From the NCBI GenBank assembly GCA_051294905.1, contig CM119372.1, forward strand, positions 18,726,001 to 18,786,000: a DNA stretch of 60,000 nucleotides. The letters are read 5' to 3'. Source of the stretch: Botryllus schlosseri (taxonomy: Eukaryota). Under the pieces are notes generated by a model. The model was not told the DNA's origin. It made no database searches and worked only from the letters and a program-made list of their open reading frames with translations. The translations under genes and the position numbers were made by a program. Below, one piece after another: positions 13,705-28,154 of the stretch; the stretch's first letter is position 1, and each line of letters begins with the position of its first letter.

Positions 13705-15062
13705 CAGTGGTTCTCAACCTTTTTCACCTCGCGGACCGGTAAAATTTCAAAAAATATCTTGGAGGACCGGTGAAATTTCAAAATTGAAATGAAGCCAAAA
13801 TGCAATGTATGCAACTGTTTTCTGCAATTATATGGTTCTGGAGAGAGTGATATTTGAAGGGTTTTGATCGAAATTAATTATCTTAATGGTGGCATTCATG
13901 TGATTTTATGGTAGTCAGTCCCCTGAGTCGAGGTAAAATTGCCTTGTTCAGATAAACGTGCTACCGCCGAGAGTCGTTTACAGTCTTTCGCGCCGAAGGC
14001 CGTGGGTTTAACCGACCACGCCAACTCGAATAATGTTCTTCTCTTTGACAATATCAAGAGAAGAAGCGTTTCGGAGTCTAACCAAGCATCTTGTCGTGCT
14101 ACCTTGTTCATTGCCAACTGCCACCCGACGCATAGGCTACTCTGGCAACAATGCGTGCCGCAAGAAAACACCTTACAGCAACTATACCAGCCATCCGCCA
14201 ATCCGTGCCGAAAGAGCACTACGTCAGCCCTCCTCCAAAACGTTGGTTTTGAGCCCTCACAGAGCGATAAGCCAAACTTCCAGGGGCTTCGCACCCAGAC
14301 CCTATCAGTTGGGCGGATATTTTCACCTGAAGTTGTGAGCACACTCTTTCTACTAAGTGTAAGCAGAGATTTATGTAGCTTAATCGCACCAATAGCGAAA
14401 ATTTTCCATCATTCATGACTGAATCGTTTTTTTCGCTGCCGAATTTTTGGCACACCTTTCGGAGTCCCATGTTAGCCGCAACTTCATTATGTGTTGGTAC
14501 GTCGTGGCGAGATAATGGCTGACGCCGAAATGCCTATTTCTATAAATCAAGCGTATTTCTCGGAGAAGAGCACCTAATGAGCAAGACAGTTAGTGACACT
14601 AAATCGCGCAAAGCGCGAAAAGAAATGGAAAAATGTTGGAAAAAGTTTCAATAAAATACGCTATGATTTATGTTCATTTGCATTATAATTTTGGGCTCTT
14701 TTCAAGCTCGGCCCCCTTGAGCGGTTTGGGGTGCCCCGGTTACGGTCCTGCATAAAATGAATGAATCGAAAACGAATGATCGCGCACACTGCGCTGTTTA
14801 GCGATGAGTCAGCTTATACCTGTACTGTACTTGTCGTTCGCATGTTGTCAAATGACACGTCTTGAACTTTGAGTCAAATGGAACATTTGTCCAGCCCTAA
14901 TGTTACCTCACGAAGTTTTGAATCAGTTTACAATTTGATGTTTTATTTATTTTATCAATGGACAAGTCTTCAACATTGCATCTTGAATTTAAGGTATAGA
15001 ATTGTAATATACCTGGCGGACCGGCAGGAATGTAGTCGCGGACCGGCGGTTGAGAGCCGCTG
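13705..15062. mobile_element. hAT-Charlie-like non-autonomous element, 1.36 kb
   Basis: cagtggttctcaacc...ggttgagagccgctg; TSD ctgtagcc (13697-13704, 15063-15070); a related fragment lies at ~33105-33320. Confidence 0.8.
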
Positions 15063-15503
15063 CTGTAGCCTATTCGCTGTTAGTCACTCAAACCTTTGGT
15101 TCTTAACAGTCGCTTGAAACATTTTTCTGTGTTTGTAGTTTTCAGTACTCGTGATTAGGAATAGTTCGAATACGTTCGATTATTTTATTAAAGGGTATTC
15201 CACATATCAGGAATGAAACATGAATAGCTTGAGATTGTTGCTAATTACGTCGCTACGGTTGTCAAAGAACACCTCTTTACTGAATCAATTACCTGTTTAA
15301 AAGTAATTGTAATTGTAATTATAATTGTAATTATTTACATGTTTTACAGTAACTGTAATTGTAATTTGATATTTTTAACATTGAGTAATTGTAATTATAA
15401 CATGCAAGGAAGTAATTGTAATTGTAATTGAAGTAAAATATTGTAATTGATCCAACTCAGCAGTACACATACTGAATGAAAAGTAAAAGAAGATAATATA
15501 AAA

Positions 15504-15847
15504 TAGGGTTTTACCATATCTTATAAATGTGAAAAGAGGACACGTTTTCAAATTTTCAGACTTGCAATACCGGAGGAAAATCCTGAAAAAATGGTAAATT
15601 TCTCCCACTTCGTGATCGGTTGGCAAAAAAAAGGTCAGCTTACCGGCTCAGCTCCCAAAATAGCCACCGGAGCGTTACTTCAGTGCTGAATTACTGTGAC
15701 TCAGTCGGATTTGGCCCTGTATTTATCCAAGATTCTCAAAAAAGAGGACAAAATCTCAATTGGACATTTGAGCGTCCTCCGAGGACACTCTCAGAAAAGT
15801 CAAAAAAGAGGACAAATCCTCTCAAAAGAGGACGTATGGTAACCCGA
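15504..15847. mobile_element. hAT-like MITE, TAGGGTTGCCA family (copy 2)
   Basis: tagggttttaccata...atggtaacccga; TSD atataaaa on both sides. Confidence 0.8.
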
Positions 15848-15890
15848 ATATAAAAGGACAATAGCGAACAAAAATGGTATCCGGTTAAAT

Positions 15891-16366
15891 TCGGGTTACT
15901 ATATTTTGGAAATCTGAAACACTTTTTCAAAGTTTTCAGACTTACAAAACCGGAGGTAAATCCTCAAAAAATGGTAAATTTTCCCCACATTGTGGTCGGT
16001 TGACTATATAAAAAAAGGTCATCTTTCACGCTTTTAGCACCCAAGATACAATTTTTTCTTTCACATTATAAGATGGTTGACTTAAAAAAGGTCAACTTTC
16101 CGCTCAGTTCCCAAAATACATAGTTTTTTCTTTCACATGATCAGGTGGTGGTTAACTAAAAAAAAGGTCGACTTTGCGGCCCAGGCTCCGAAATACCCGG
16201 CGGAGCGTTACTTCGAAGTGCTGATTTACTGTATCTAAGTCGATTTTGCCATATATTTAAGCAAAATTCTCAAAAAGGGAACATTTGGGCGTTATCCGAG
16301 GACACTTTCAAAAAAGTCAAAAAAGAGGACAAATCCGCTTTTAAGAGAGGACGTATGGCAACCCTA
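15891..16366. mobile_element. hAT-like MITE, TAGGGTTGCCA family (copy 3)
   Basis: tcgggttactata...atggcaacccta; TSD ggttaaat on both sides. Confidence 0.8.
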
Positions 16367-16453
16367 GGTTAAATCCACTTTTCCACTCTGCTCGAGTGAT
16401 AGGCTATATAATTGCTGGCATTCATAACATCGTAATTTTCCAAGTATCAGGAC

Positions 16454-17400
16454 CACTGGTGTAGCCAGGAAGGGGCGAAAGGAGCGGTCGCCCCTCCCAA
16501 ATTTTTGGAAAAGTTTCGAAAAATCAATAAATACTACAGTATTTTGGGGCAGATGAATGTAACCTAAAACTTTTCTTTGCGCTTCGCGCCATAGTGTCAA
16601 TACATGTATTGATTTTATTAATGGTATTCCGAAAAATAAATTCTACCGCCAATACCCATAGTTATATTCAGCTGCATTCTCAATTATGAGAATACCACAG
16701 GACCTGTATTGATACACTATCTATAGAGTAGCCCGAGGTCGTTGAGTTGATTGAGTCTAGTGGTGTTAGTCAAGTATTGGGTTGGGGACTGTTAGTTCCG
16801 TCAATTTCCGTTTCGGTACACACGAAGACATATAGAGTATAGGCTACACGCGACTCCGCAAAGTGCGCTCCCAAAATCATTGACAGTCATAACATCGACG
16901 CGTGTATTCCGAAGCCTTCGATATGGATTTTCGGGTGCTTAAATGGCTGGCGCCTAATGACTCTGTACCTGCAATCAGACCCCTTTGACATAAATGGGTT
17001 TGACACAGGAAAATATCACCACCTCCCGTTAATAAGGGTTAATTTGAAATCGAGTCGGATCAAAGGAGTTTTTTAATTGGTTTGGTATGTATCAGCGATC
17101 CCAATCTTTGAAGTAGCGTCAATCTTTACCAGAGGTTAGCCTACTAAATATAACCGTGCTTCCACGAAGTAATAAATAAGAATGGCAGCACTTGCTCATA
17201 TACACGCGCGCACCAATATTATTGATCAAATTCTTTCATTTATTGGAAAATATTTACGCTCGGCGGTGCGACTAGGCCCAAAAGGCACAGTGTGCATTGC
17301 ACACTGATGGTTCATCACTTAGTGTCAGCGATTTGGGCTCGTCCGTGAAACGACCGTCTAAAACAAGCTGTAGCTGGCAACCGGATGCTTTCATAGGGTA

Positions 17401-17435
<35 letters not shown>

Positions 17436-18128
17436 GTGTGTGTGTGTGTGTGTGAGAGGCTAAGAATCGAATGTATAAAATCGTAGTGATGAAAATGGGC
17501 GATGGAAGTATGTATGGTTCTGCGAGGTGTTTCCACAGGGGAGCTCACCTAAACTCATTAACTCCCCCTTTAAAAAAATGTTTTTTTTTCTGGCTACGTG
17601 GGTACGGCCCTGCGTGTGAGTGATCTTTTGAATGGTCCCAGCATTCTCCGCAAGTCTTGACGTGTAACAGCAATAAATGACAGCTAAGTCCCGCCCGGCG
17701 GCCACCCTCTAGAAATTCATAAATAGTCTCACCGTATGATATGAATGATATAGATCAAGATGCATAATTAAGTGCCCCCTGAATGTTCTATGAAACCACT
17801 TATATCCGCCCTACCGGTAAATATGACAATTAAAACGTATTTGCAATATGCATTAAGTAACAATATAAGGATCCAATTTCATTCATTGCGCATGAAAAAT
17901 TTTCGCGATTCGCGCGAAAGCGTTGACGCCTGATATTATCACATCACTTCATATCTGTAAGTGGAATATATAAAGATCGCCCCAGATGTTGTGTTAATCA
18001 TCCAATAAGGGTCCAGGACCATCATTGATTCATTGTTACCTATCTTTAATACTTGTCATTGAGGGGGTGTTCATTTACGTCATCGAATTTTTCGCCCCTC
18101 CCAAATATTTTTTCTGGCTACGCCCTTG
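16454..18128. mobile_element. hAT-like non-autonomous element (CAGTGGCGTAGCCAG-type ends) containing further fragments and a (TG)n tract
   Basis: cactggtgtagccag...ctggctacgcccttg; TSD atcaggac (16446-16453, 18129-18136). Confidence 0.75.
17399..17454. repeat. (TG)n microsatellite
   Basis: Direct dinucleotide run with one tatg interruption. Confidence 0.95.
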
Positions 18129-18662
18129 ATCAGGACTGATATAAACGAAAACCAATAATGAGGAGACTTTACTATTCTTCGAACTGCGAAGTGAATTGTC
18201 TGTCTTGGCCGTCCAGTATCGAGTCATATGACTTGTTTCGAATCATGCACATATGACTCGAGTCGAGTCACTTTACGCATTATAAAAATTGACTCCAGTC
18301 AAGTCGAGTCTTTCAAAAATCGTGACTCGAGTCGCGCTCGATTCATTATAACCCTGCACTACATGCAAAGTATAACTTAGTGTAAATTGCTATGATTGAA
18401 TATTCTAGATCCAAACTCAGATCAGTAAAAACTGTGAATTTGATTTTCCATGACTTTTATCTTTTATTATTTTTATGTCCATTGGTTAACTGTCATAATC
18501 GTTAGCATTGATAGACTTACATCTTGTCATATTTACTCATTTATTACTCCGCTGGGTGGCGACTGAATCTAAGACCTTCCGGTCCCCCGGCGTCTCCCAA
18601 TCCATACCAATTTACATGTTTTGTTTTTTGGTGAGATGAATAAAAGCATACTGACTGACTGA

Positions 18663-18754
18663 CCATAGCAATTTATAGCGTAGCTACTACGCTGTAAATT
18701 GCTATGGACTGACTGACTATAGATAACTAACCTACGGAGGTTAGTTATCTATAG
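18663..18754. repeat. Two tiny hairpin insertions (45 bp and 38 bp) in an (ACTG)n tract
   Basis: ccatagcaatttatagcgtag...tacgctgtaaattgctatgg (18663-18707) and ctatagataactaacct-acgg-aggttagttatctatag (18717-18754), separated and flanked by actga repeats. Confidence 0.75.
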
Positions 18755-18802
18755 ACTGACCTCGCAATCTGACCCAAAATCTCAGCTCAGCGAGTGAATC
18801 GA

Positions 18803-21800
18803 GAGCAATTCCCTGCACAGACAACCGATGTTCCCACCACTACCTCTTCAAATCTCTTGAAATTTGGTACACGCACAGATGAGCTAATTCCAAACAGGAT
18901 GAACTTTATTTCATAAAAATTGGACTTTGGGGTCAAAAGTTACGTCACTTTGAAAATTGACAATTTTCTGCTCATTTCGGGTCTGCACTTTCAGGTTTTA
19001 TCAATGCAATATTCAAGAAGGTGTAGCTAAATGTTAGACGACAGTTGAGATACGGCACTGGGATTTATTTGAAGCTTGTCTGATCGTCTATATTTCCAAG
19101 TGAAATTTAATGCCCTGTAGGTTAGGGTCAAAGGTTAAATTTAGGGGGAATTTGGTCAATGGTCTAAAATCAGTCAGGCGTTACACGATTTAGACTGCGG
19201 ATTGCTCGAAAACATATTAAAATATTTTGGAAAATAGGATCTTAAATGAAAGTTTGCTTCAAGGAGACTTCGTTCATAGCTGTTTGATTTTGGTTTTTAG
19301 ACTGCAAAGTGATGAAATTGCAGTTTCAAGAGCACACTTCATTTGCACGTGGAAATGCAGTAGTAGTAGGGTGTGTTCGGACATCGATTCTGGGGTGCGT
19401 GTGGGCATCATGTCTGGGGTGTGTTCCGACATCATGTCTTGGGTCTGTTAGGACTGTGTTGCCATTCGAACATCGTGTCTGGGGTGAGTTCGGACTGTTT
19501 TGTCCCACGATATCCGAGGGGGGTGTTCAGACACCATGCCTGGCGTGTGTTAGGACTGTGTTGTCACTCTGACATAGTATCTGGGATATGTTTGTGTTGC
19601 GCCAGACATGACTCAGACCTGATATCTGCGCACTAATTTTATCCGGACATGCTCCGGAGCTGATACCTGCCCACTAAATACCCCCAGGCATGGTCCAAAC
19701 CGGATATATGCGCGCTTAATGGACACAGATATGCGTCAGACGTGATACCCGCATCCTAAACGACGTGTTTTTGCTGATATCTGCGATAGCTGGGTATATC
19801 CACAGTAGTGGTAGCTGAGTATATCCACATTCACAGTAGAGATAGCTGAGTACATCCAAAGCTTTCACTACTGTGGTTATACTCAGCTATCACTGCTGTA
19901 GATATACCCAGCTATCGCAGATATCAGCAAAAAACGCAAATATAGAGGACATATATAGGTTAAATGTCGTTTAGGACGTGGGTATCACGTTTGACGCATG
20001 TATGTGTCCATTAAGCCCGCAGATATCAGGTCCGGACTATGCCTGGGGGTATTTGGTGCGCAGGTATCAGCTACGACACATGTCCAGATTATAATAGTGG
20101 GCAGATATCAGGTCTGAGGCATGTTTGGCGTATCACAAACATATCCCAGACACAATGTCCGAGTAGCAAACACAGTCCGGACACACCCCAGGCATGATGT
20201 TCGAACACCTTCCAGACACGATGTCCGAATGACAACACAGTCCGAGCTCACCCCAGACACGATGTTCGCCTTGCAAAACAGTCCGACCATACCCGAGACA
20301 TAATATCTGGGGTGAGCTCGGACTGTGTTGTCATTCGGACATCGTGTCTGGAAGGTGTTCGGACATCATGCCTGCGGTGTGTCCGGACTGTGTTGCTACT
20401 CGGACATCGTGTCTGGGATATGTTTGTGATACGCCAAACATGCCTCAGACCTGATATCTGCCCACTATTTTAATCTGGACATGTGTCGTAGCTGATACCT
20501 GCGCACCAAATACTCCCAGGCATATAGTCTCGACCTGATATCTGCGGTCTTAATGGACAGTTGACACATACATGCGTCAGACGTGTTACCCACGTCCTAA
20601 ACGACATTTGGCCTATATACGACCTCTATATTTGCGGTTTTTGCTGATATCTGCGATAGCTGGGTATATCTACAGCAGTGATAGCTGAGTATAACCACAG
20701 TAGTGATAGCTTTGGATGTACTCAGCTATCTCTACTGTGAATGTGGATATACTCAGCTACCACTACTGTGGATATACCCAGCTATCGCAGATATTAGCAA
20801 AAACGCGTCGTTTAGGACGCGGGTATCACGTCTGACGCATATCTGTGTCCATTAAGCGCGCATATATCCGGTTTGGACCATGTCTGGGGGTATTTAGTGG
20901 GCAGGTATCAGCTCCGGAGCATGTCCGGATAAAATTAGTGCGCAGATATCAGGTCTGAGTCATGTCTGGCGCAACACAAACATATCCCAGATACTATGTC
21001 AGAGTGACAGCACAGTCCTAACACACGCCAGGCATGATGTCTGAACACCCCCCTCAGACACGATGTCCGAGTGGCAACACAGTCCAAACACACCCCTGAC
21101 ATGATGTCCGAACACGCCCTAGACACGATGTCCGAATGGAAACACATTCCGAACACACCCTCGGCTCGATGTCCAAGTTGCAAAACTGTCTGAACGCATC
21201 CAAGTATGATGTCCGAATACACCCCAGACACGATGTCCGAGGGGCAAAACAGTCCGAACTCACCCCAGACACGATGTTCGAATGGCAACACAGTCCGAAC
21301 ACACCCAAGACATGATGTCGGGACTCACCCCAGACATGATGTTTACACACACCCCAGAATCGATGTCCGAACAAACCCTACTACTACTGCATTTCCACGT
21401 GCAAATGAAGTGTGCTCTTGAAACTGCAATTTCATCACTTTACAGTCTAAAAACCAAAATCAAACAGCTATGAACGAAGTCTCCTTGAAGCAACCTTTCA
21501 TTTAAGATCCTATTTTCCAAAATATTTTAATATGTTTTTGAGCAATCCGCAGTCTAAATCGTGTAACGCCTGACTGATTTTAGACCATTGACCGAATTCC
21601 CCCTCAATTTAACCTTTGATCCTAACCTACAGGGCATTAAATTTCACTTGGAAATATAAACGATCAGACAAGCTTCAAATATATCCAAGTTCCCTATCTC
21701 AACTGTCGTCTAACATCTAGCTACACCTTCTTGAATACTGCATTGATAAAACCTGAAAGTGCAGACCCGAAATGAGCAGAAAATTGTCAATTTTCAAAGT

Positions 21801-21944
21801 GACGTAACTTTTGATCCCAAAGTCCAATTTTCATGAAATAAAGTTCATCCTGTTTGGAATTAGCTCATCTGTGCGTGTACCAAATTTCAGGAGATTTGAA
21901 GAGGTAGTGGTGGAAACATCGGTTGTCTGTGCAGGGAATTGCCC
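18803..21944. mobile_element. 3.14-kb palindromic non-autonomous DNA transposon with Sola2-like termini
   Basis: Left end GAGCAATTCCCTGCACAGACAACCGATG, right end CATCGGTTGTCTGTGCAGGGAATTGCCC; tcga on both flanks (18799-18802, 21945-21948). Arms stay complementary to a centre near 20260-20305. GRG termini with a 4-bp TSD are the described Sola2 pattern. Confidence 0.8.
19907..20664. mobile_element. Central CCCAG...CTGGG palindromic MITE (EnSpm/CACTA-like ends) inside the 3.1-kb element
   Basis: cccagctatcgcagatatcagcaaaaa ... tttttgctgatatctgcgatagctggg, flanked by TA; related half-copies end at 19794 and start at 20777. Confidence 0.65.
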
Positions 21945-23201
21945 TCGAGCTAAAAGTTAACGCTTCATTGAGCAATTTTTTGTTATTAGCTTGGCTTACT
22001 CAGCGGTAAGCGTCGCATAGGTTAGTAATCTATCTATCGTCGCAACGTCGGTACTTTGCGCTGCCAGTCATCACAGTATAATACAAACTGATTTTGGACA
22101 TTGGTTATTTTTATTCACCAACCTCCAATATAACCTGTAGGAGACAAATGAAAGTCAGGGAGTTGTTAATTGGGATTGGTGAAATTAAGTCAAAGCCGTT
22201 TGCCGTTTCAATGGAACTCTCCTGATACTTGAGGGTATCCTTTCCCGAACCGCTAAATTTTAATTACAATATTATTTTCTACTAGACGAGCAGTTATTCG
22301 AGCATACAATGAAAACGAATTCCACAGCAAGGGCTTCGTGTAGAGAACTAGAATGCATAAAATATACGCAATCATAGTTGCAAATGAATTTGGCTTCCGA
22401 TTAAAATTTTAGAGCATTCTAACCTCCGTCCACCGTTTCCAGCACATGATATCCATTCAAGTTACAGATTGTCACAGTAATTCCAGCAGCCTTGAGACAG
22501 TAGAGGTTTGTGAAATATCAAAATATTTCTTTTCCTCAAATTAGTAAATTTTCCTGAGCCCTCACTCTGCCAGAATTGACTGATTTTGTGAGTGATCAAC
22601 TTGGTATGATGAATATTATGTGAAGACGTATGCAATTCACATATCTGAAATGCCGGCTTCTATTCTGAAGGCCTTTGAGCCTAAATCAAATTGAAGCCTC
22701 GATGTTAATTTCTCAACCTCCATTTACAGTGTAATCGCATGAACAAACCTGAGTCATCAGCAAATGAAATCAATTATGAGCTCAGTGAAACAGTATGACA
22801 GTGTAGGAATTGATGCCAAATGACATATCACTGATTCGAACTCCCCATTCCTAATTGCAAACCTTGTGTGACCTTCGCAGCAGTAGTATTTTTGACAACT
22901 ATGTCGTAGATAAATGTGGCATGTAATTTGATGATTGTAGATGTAGATATTACATTGATTCATAAATATGGTGAGATGCATGTTAAGTGTGAAGTTACAA
23001 TGAAGTTGTTGGCTATGTTATTTATCATCGAAATCCTAACCTCGTCCTCGTGCATTACACTCTGTACTACCCGCATTTTGAATTTTTGTGACGGGATACC
23101 ATTCATTGTAATGTTTGTACTAACAATTGCACACGATCAATGCAGCGTGACATTTGAATTGATATAATCACCATACAAAAGGCTAAATACTATGTGTCAA
23201 A

Positions 23202-24686
23202 ATGGCTGAGTCCAATTCAGTCCAAGGCAATGAAGGTTCAGATGTCAATACAAACAATTTACGGAATGACACTCAACTGAGCGACAAACCATGTGAAGCA
23301 GAAGCATCTCCAACGAATTTAGTGATTGATGAAGATGACGAAGGGTGTCCCAAACCAAGCGACGGCATTCATGGCATGGGAAATCAAGTGCATGTGAATT
23401 CAGTAAATAATTCTGTTCCAAATGATGGTTTCCCATCGCACCCTACAGATATGGTTTCGGATGAATCGTTCAACAACAGCACCAACTTTGAATCGAATGA
23501 GCTCCCTAAGAAATTTACCAAAAACGCTAATTACTATGGTACTGGGAGGCTACCATGTCCGTCATTGGGAGAAAATTGGGCAATGGAGCAAATCGTTCGA
23601 CAGCAGGGAAAATCAGCGGGCAAGTATGACACCTACTATTACAGTCCATGTGGCACAAAATTTCGATCAAAGACAAAATTGCATGAATTCCTGGACATGG
23701 ACTTGACATTCTTCGACTACAATTCGGGAAAATTTGTTGAAAACGCTAATAAAGTCAATTCTGTTTCACCGAGGCGAAAGAAGAATTTTCTAAAAACGAC
23801 TAAGCTGAAGACCATCGATAGATCGGTGGACAGCGGTTCCGTTAAATCCAGGCCCAAGAAGAAACTGACTGTCAAGATATGCAATTACAAAAAAGAGCCG
23901 TCTACCACATTCCCATATCGTAGTGACTCGCAAGCAAAAAAGAAACATCATAAGAAGGCCAAAAAGCGCAAGATGCAGTTAATGCCTGGTGATATTATCG
24001 ACGAGGACTCCATGCAAAATAGTCCGTTCGAAGCTTTCAAGCGTGAGGCCATGCTATTGTCAAACTACTTCTCCGACATGAAAGACTATGAAAACCTCAT
24101 CCAATTCACTTGGAATTTTCTTAGCATTGAAAGCAAAACATTATTCAACGATTCCGTTTCCTCCGATGTCAAAGGAATTTCACCCAAAGCATCTGCCGAT
24201 TTAGACAGTGAATGTAAGACCGAAATGAAGTCCTCTAGCATTGAGGAAGATGTTGCCATGGATACCACTGTAGCTAACAGCATCTGCACACCTGCCGTGG
24301 CCAAGCTCCCTACGAAAGTGCTGGATGTGGGACAATATTCTGGTGATGGGGGTGCTGGTATGACTGGTTTACCAAAAGTGTACTCCTCTACAGCTTCTGT
24401 CAAACCAAATGACTCTGATACCATCGAAATTGGTACAACGACATTAAACAGTCATGATCAAGAAATGGCAGATGATCAATCTACTTTGATACATTCCAGT
24501 GCAAATAATATTTCATGCAGTAATTTAAGCGCTAGACTTGACACTGATCATGCCGATAAGACGTTGTTGAATACGGAAGGATCACTTGCTGTTGAGGGTA
24601 ATTTCTCTGAACATAACTGTTTGAAACACAAATTTCATAAAAGGAAATCTCGTGTCCCTGTCTGTATTAAGCAGGACTCGAAGTGA
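23202..24686 (+). CDS. Methyl-CpG-binding domain (MBD) protein, 494 aa, intronless ORF
   Basis: Aa ~116-177 RLPCPSLGENWAMEQIVRQQGKSAGKYDTYYYSPCGTKFRSKTKLHEFLDMDLTFFDYNSGK match the MBD1/2/3-class MBD consensus (CPxL..GW...R..G.SAG..D.YY.SP.G..FRSK..L..L...DL..FDF..GK). A basic NLS-like tract KKKHHKKAKKRK follows; the rest is low-complexity S/D/N/T-rich. Confidence 0.9.
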   Translation: MAESNSVQGNEGSDVNTNNLRNDTQLSDKPCEAEASPTNLVIDEDDEGCPKPSDGIHGMGNQVHVNSVNNSVPNDGFPSHPTDMVSDESFNNSTNFESNELPKKFTKNANYYGTGRLPCPSLGENWAMEQIVRQQGKSAGKYDTYYYSPCGTKFRSKTKLHEFLDMDLTFFDYNSGKFVENANKVNSVSPRRKKNFLKTTKLKTIDRSVDSGSVKSRPKKKLTVKICNYKKEPSTTFPYRSDSQAKKKHHKKAKKRKMQLMPGDIIDEDSMQNSPFEAFKREAMLLSNYFSDMKDYENLIQFTWNFLSIESKTLFNDSVSSDVKGISPKASADLDSECKTEMKSSSIEEDVAMDTTVANSICTPAVAKLPTKVLDVGQYSGDGGAGMTGLPKVYSSTASVKPNDSDTIEIGTTTLNSHDQEMADDQSTLIHSSANNISCSNLSARLDTDHADKTLLNTEGSLAVEGNFSEHNCLKHKFHKRKSRVPVCIKQDSK

Positions 24687-26059
24687 TTCGATCTACCATG
24701 CTATTCTAATTGAGTATATTTGTGATATGGACTACAATGAGCTATGCTGCATATTCGCTGACTAAAGTATATTGATTGTGTACGTCATTTGCATTTTTAG
24801 TTTGCATCATGGTATTTCATATAAAGGAAAAAACGTATCAATGTTATTTCCGCGATACGCAGTAGCAGCAGGATATTGTCACAGAATACTTTGTTGAAAT
24901 TGACTAGTCCTAGAAACTGGATCAGGAAATTATCGCATGTGCGTGTGCTTGCCAGCCACATACCATTATACGATTTATTGTTTTCAACACACTCTCACTG
25001 GTAGTTGTGACATGCACGTTCTTTGAAACTTTAAGATACTTGAATGACGAAATCACTGACCTCTTGTTTATTATTTGTTGAATTATATTTATTTAAAATC
25101 TTGGTTCTTCAATTAAATGCTTTGTACTATATTGTTTTGTGCCTCATCGATTATGTTGTGTCCGTGCTAGTCGGAAGGTAGCACCGTTGCACCAGTATGC
25201 AAAGCTATACAAGAATGCATGACAAAGTTGTCACACTAAAGCAGTGGTCTCAACCTGGGGGTGACGTTCGCGAAGGACTTTTAGTATACAGGTTGCATGA
25301 GTTTGTCAGAACAACTTGAGGAGAGAGGTACGAAAATCAAGAAGCTTCAACACCTCTCCCTGCTGAGACTAACCACTGACATGGTGACGTTATAGGCCTA
25401 TCCCCTGTGCTTAGGAGAACTAGAAGAGTTCCCGATTTCTGGAGTAGAATTTGATCTATGGAACACGGTGGCATAACGATCTCGGCAAGCACCACTATCA
25501 CCTCGTGTTGCTGGTATCAATCTGTTATACAGGGTGGATTATTTGGGGTGTCGACCCAAGATCAGAATCACAGACAAAGCACAATATCCATAGTTTACAT
25601 ACAAGTGCATTTTGTGCAGAATTGTCATTTTCTATAATACACTCATAACTAAATCCAATCCATGGGCCATCTTGGCAATGCGATTTATTACAAGTATGAA
25701 ATAATAAGAACGGTAAATAACGTAGCCATGCCAAATAGCAATTACTGGCATCAACCACACAACTTCCCAACGTGTTGAAACAGTTATCTTGCGAGTCTAC
25801 AAGGACTATTATCAGTCCGTTTCCAATCATATGCGACTGATTTTGCTGTGGAGTTGTATACATTACCGCCGATCCTGACATACTTCGTAAACTATTTATC
25901 CTGGATATCAACCAGTTGCTCAGACAGTGAGCAATTGACGGCAGCCCGGGCCTACTGTTTGACTCCGTCCTTTTTTGTTGGGGTTAGCATTAAGGCGGAA
26001 TGTCGAGATGTAAAGCTGTACAACGCAGCAGTTTAATCGTGAAGCGGTGGCTGCTATTC

Positions 26060-28154
<2,095 letters not shown>

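Larger units (their letters stand above)
12462..15460. mobile_element. (AATTGT)n-rich hAT-like MITE with two nested elements
   Basis: TIR cagaattggatcaatt / aattgatccaactcag; perfect 8-bp TSD cagtacac (12454-12461, 15461-15468). Confidence 0.8.
12087..18356. mobile_element. GACTCGAGTC-rich hAT-like MITE expanded by nested insertions
   Basis: Ends caatgttgtaac / ttataaccctg; flanks cactacag (12079-12086) / cactacat (18357-18364). The two halves match the intact family copy at 31112-31703 in reverse orientation. Confidence 0.7.

Noticed and set aside
13896..14418. Overlapping 148-159-aa ORFs inside the Charlie-like element as a transposase
   Set aside because: No convincing hAT catalytic or dimerisation motifs; at most degraded internal sequence.
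19227..21473. Multiple Cys/Val/His-rich ORFs in the palindrome
   Set aside because: Translations of short internal repeats mirrored on both arms.
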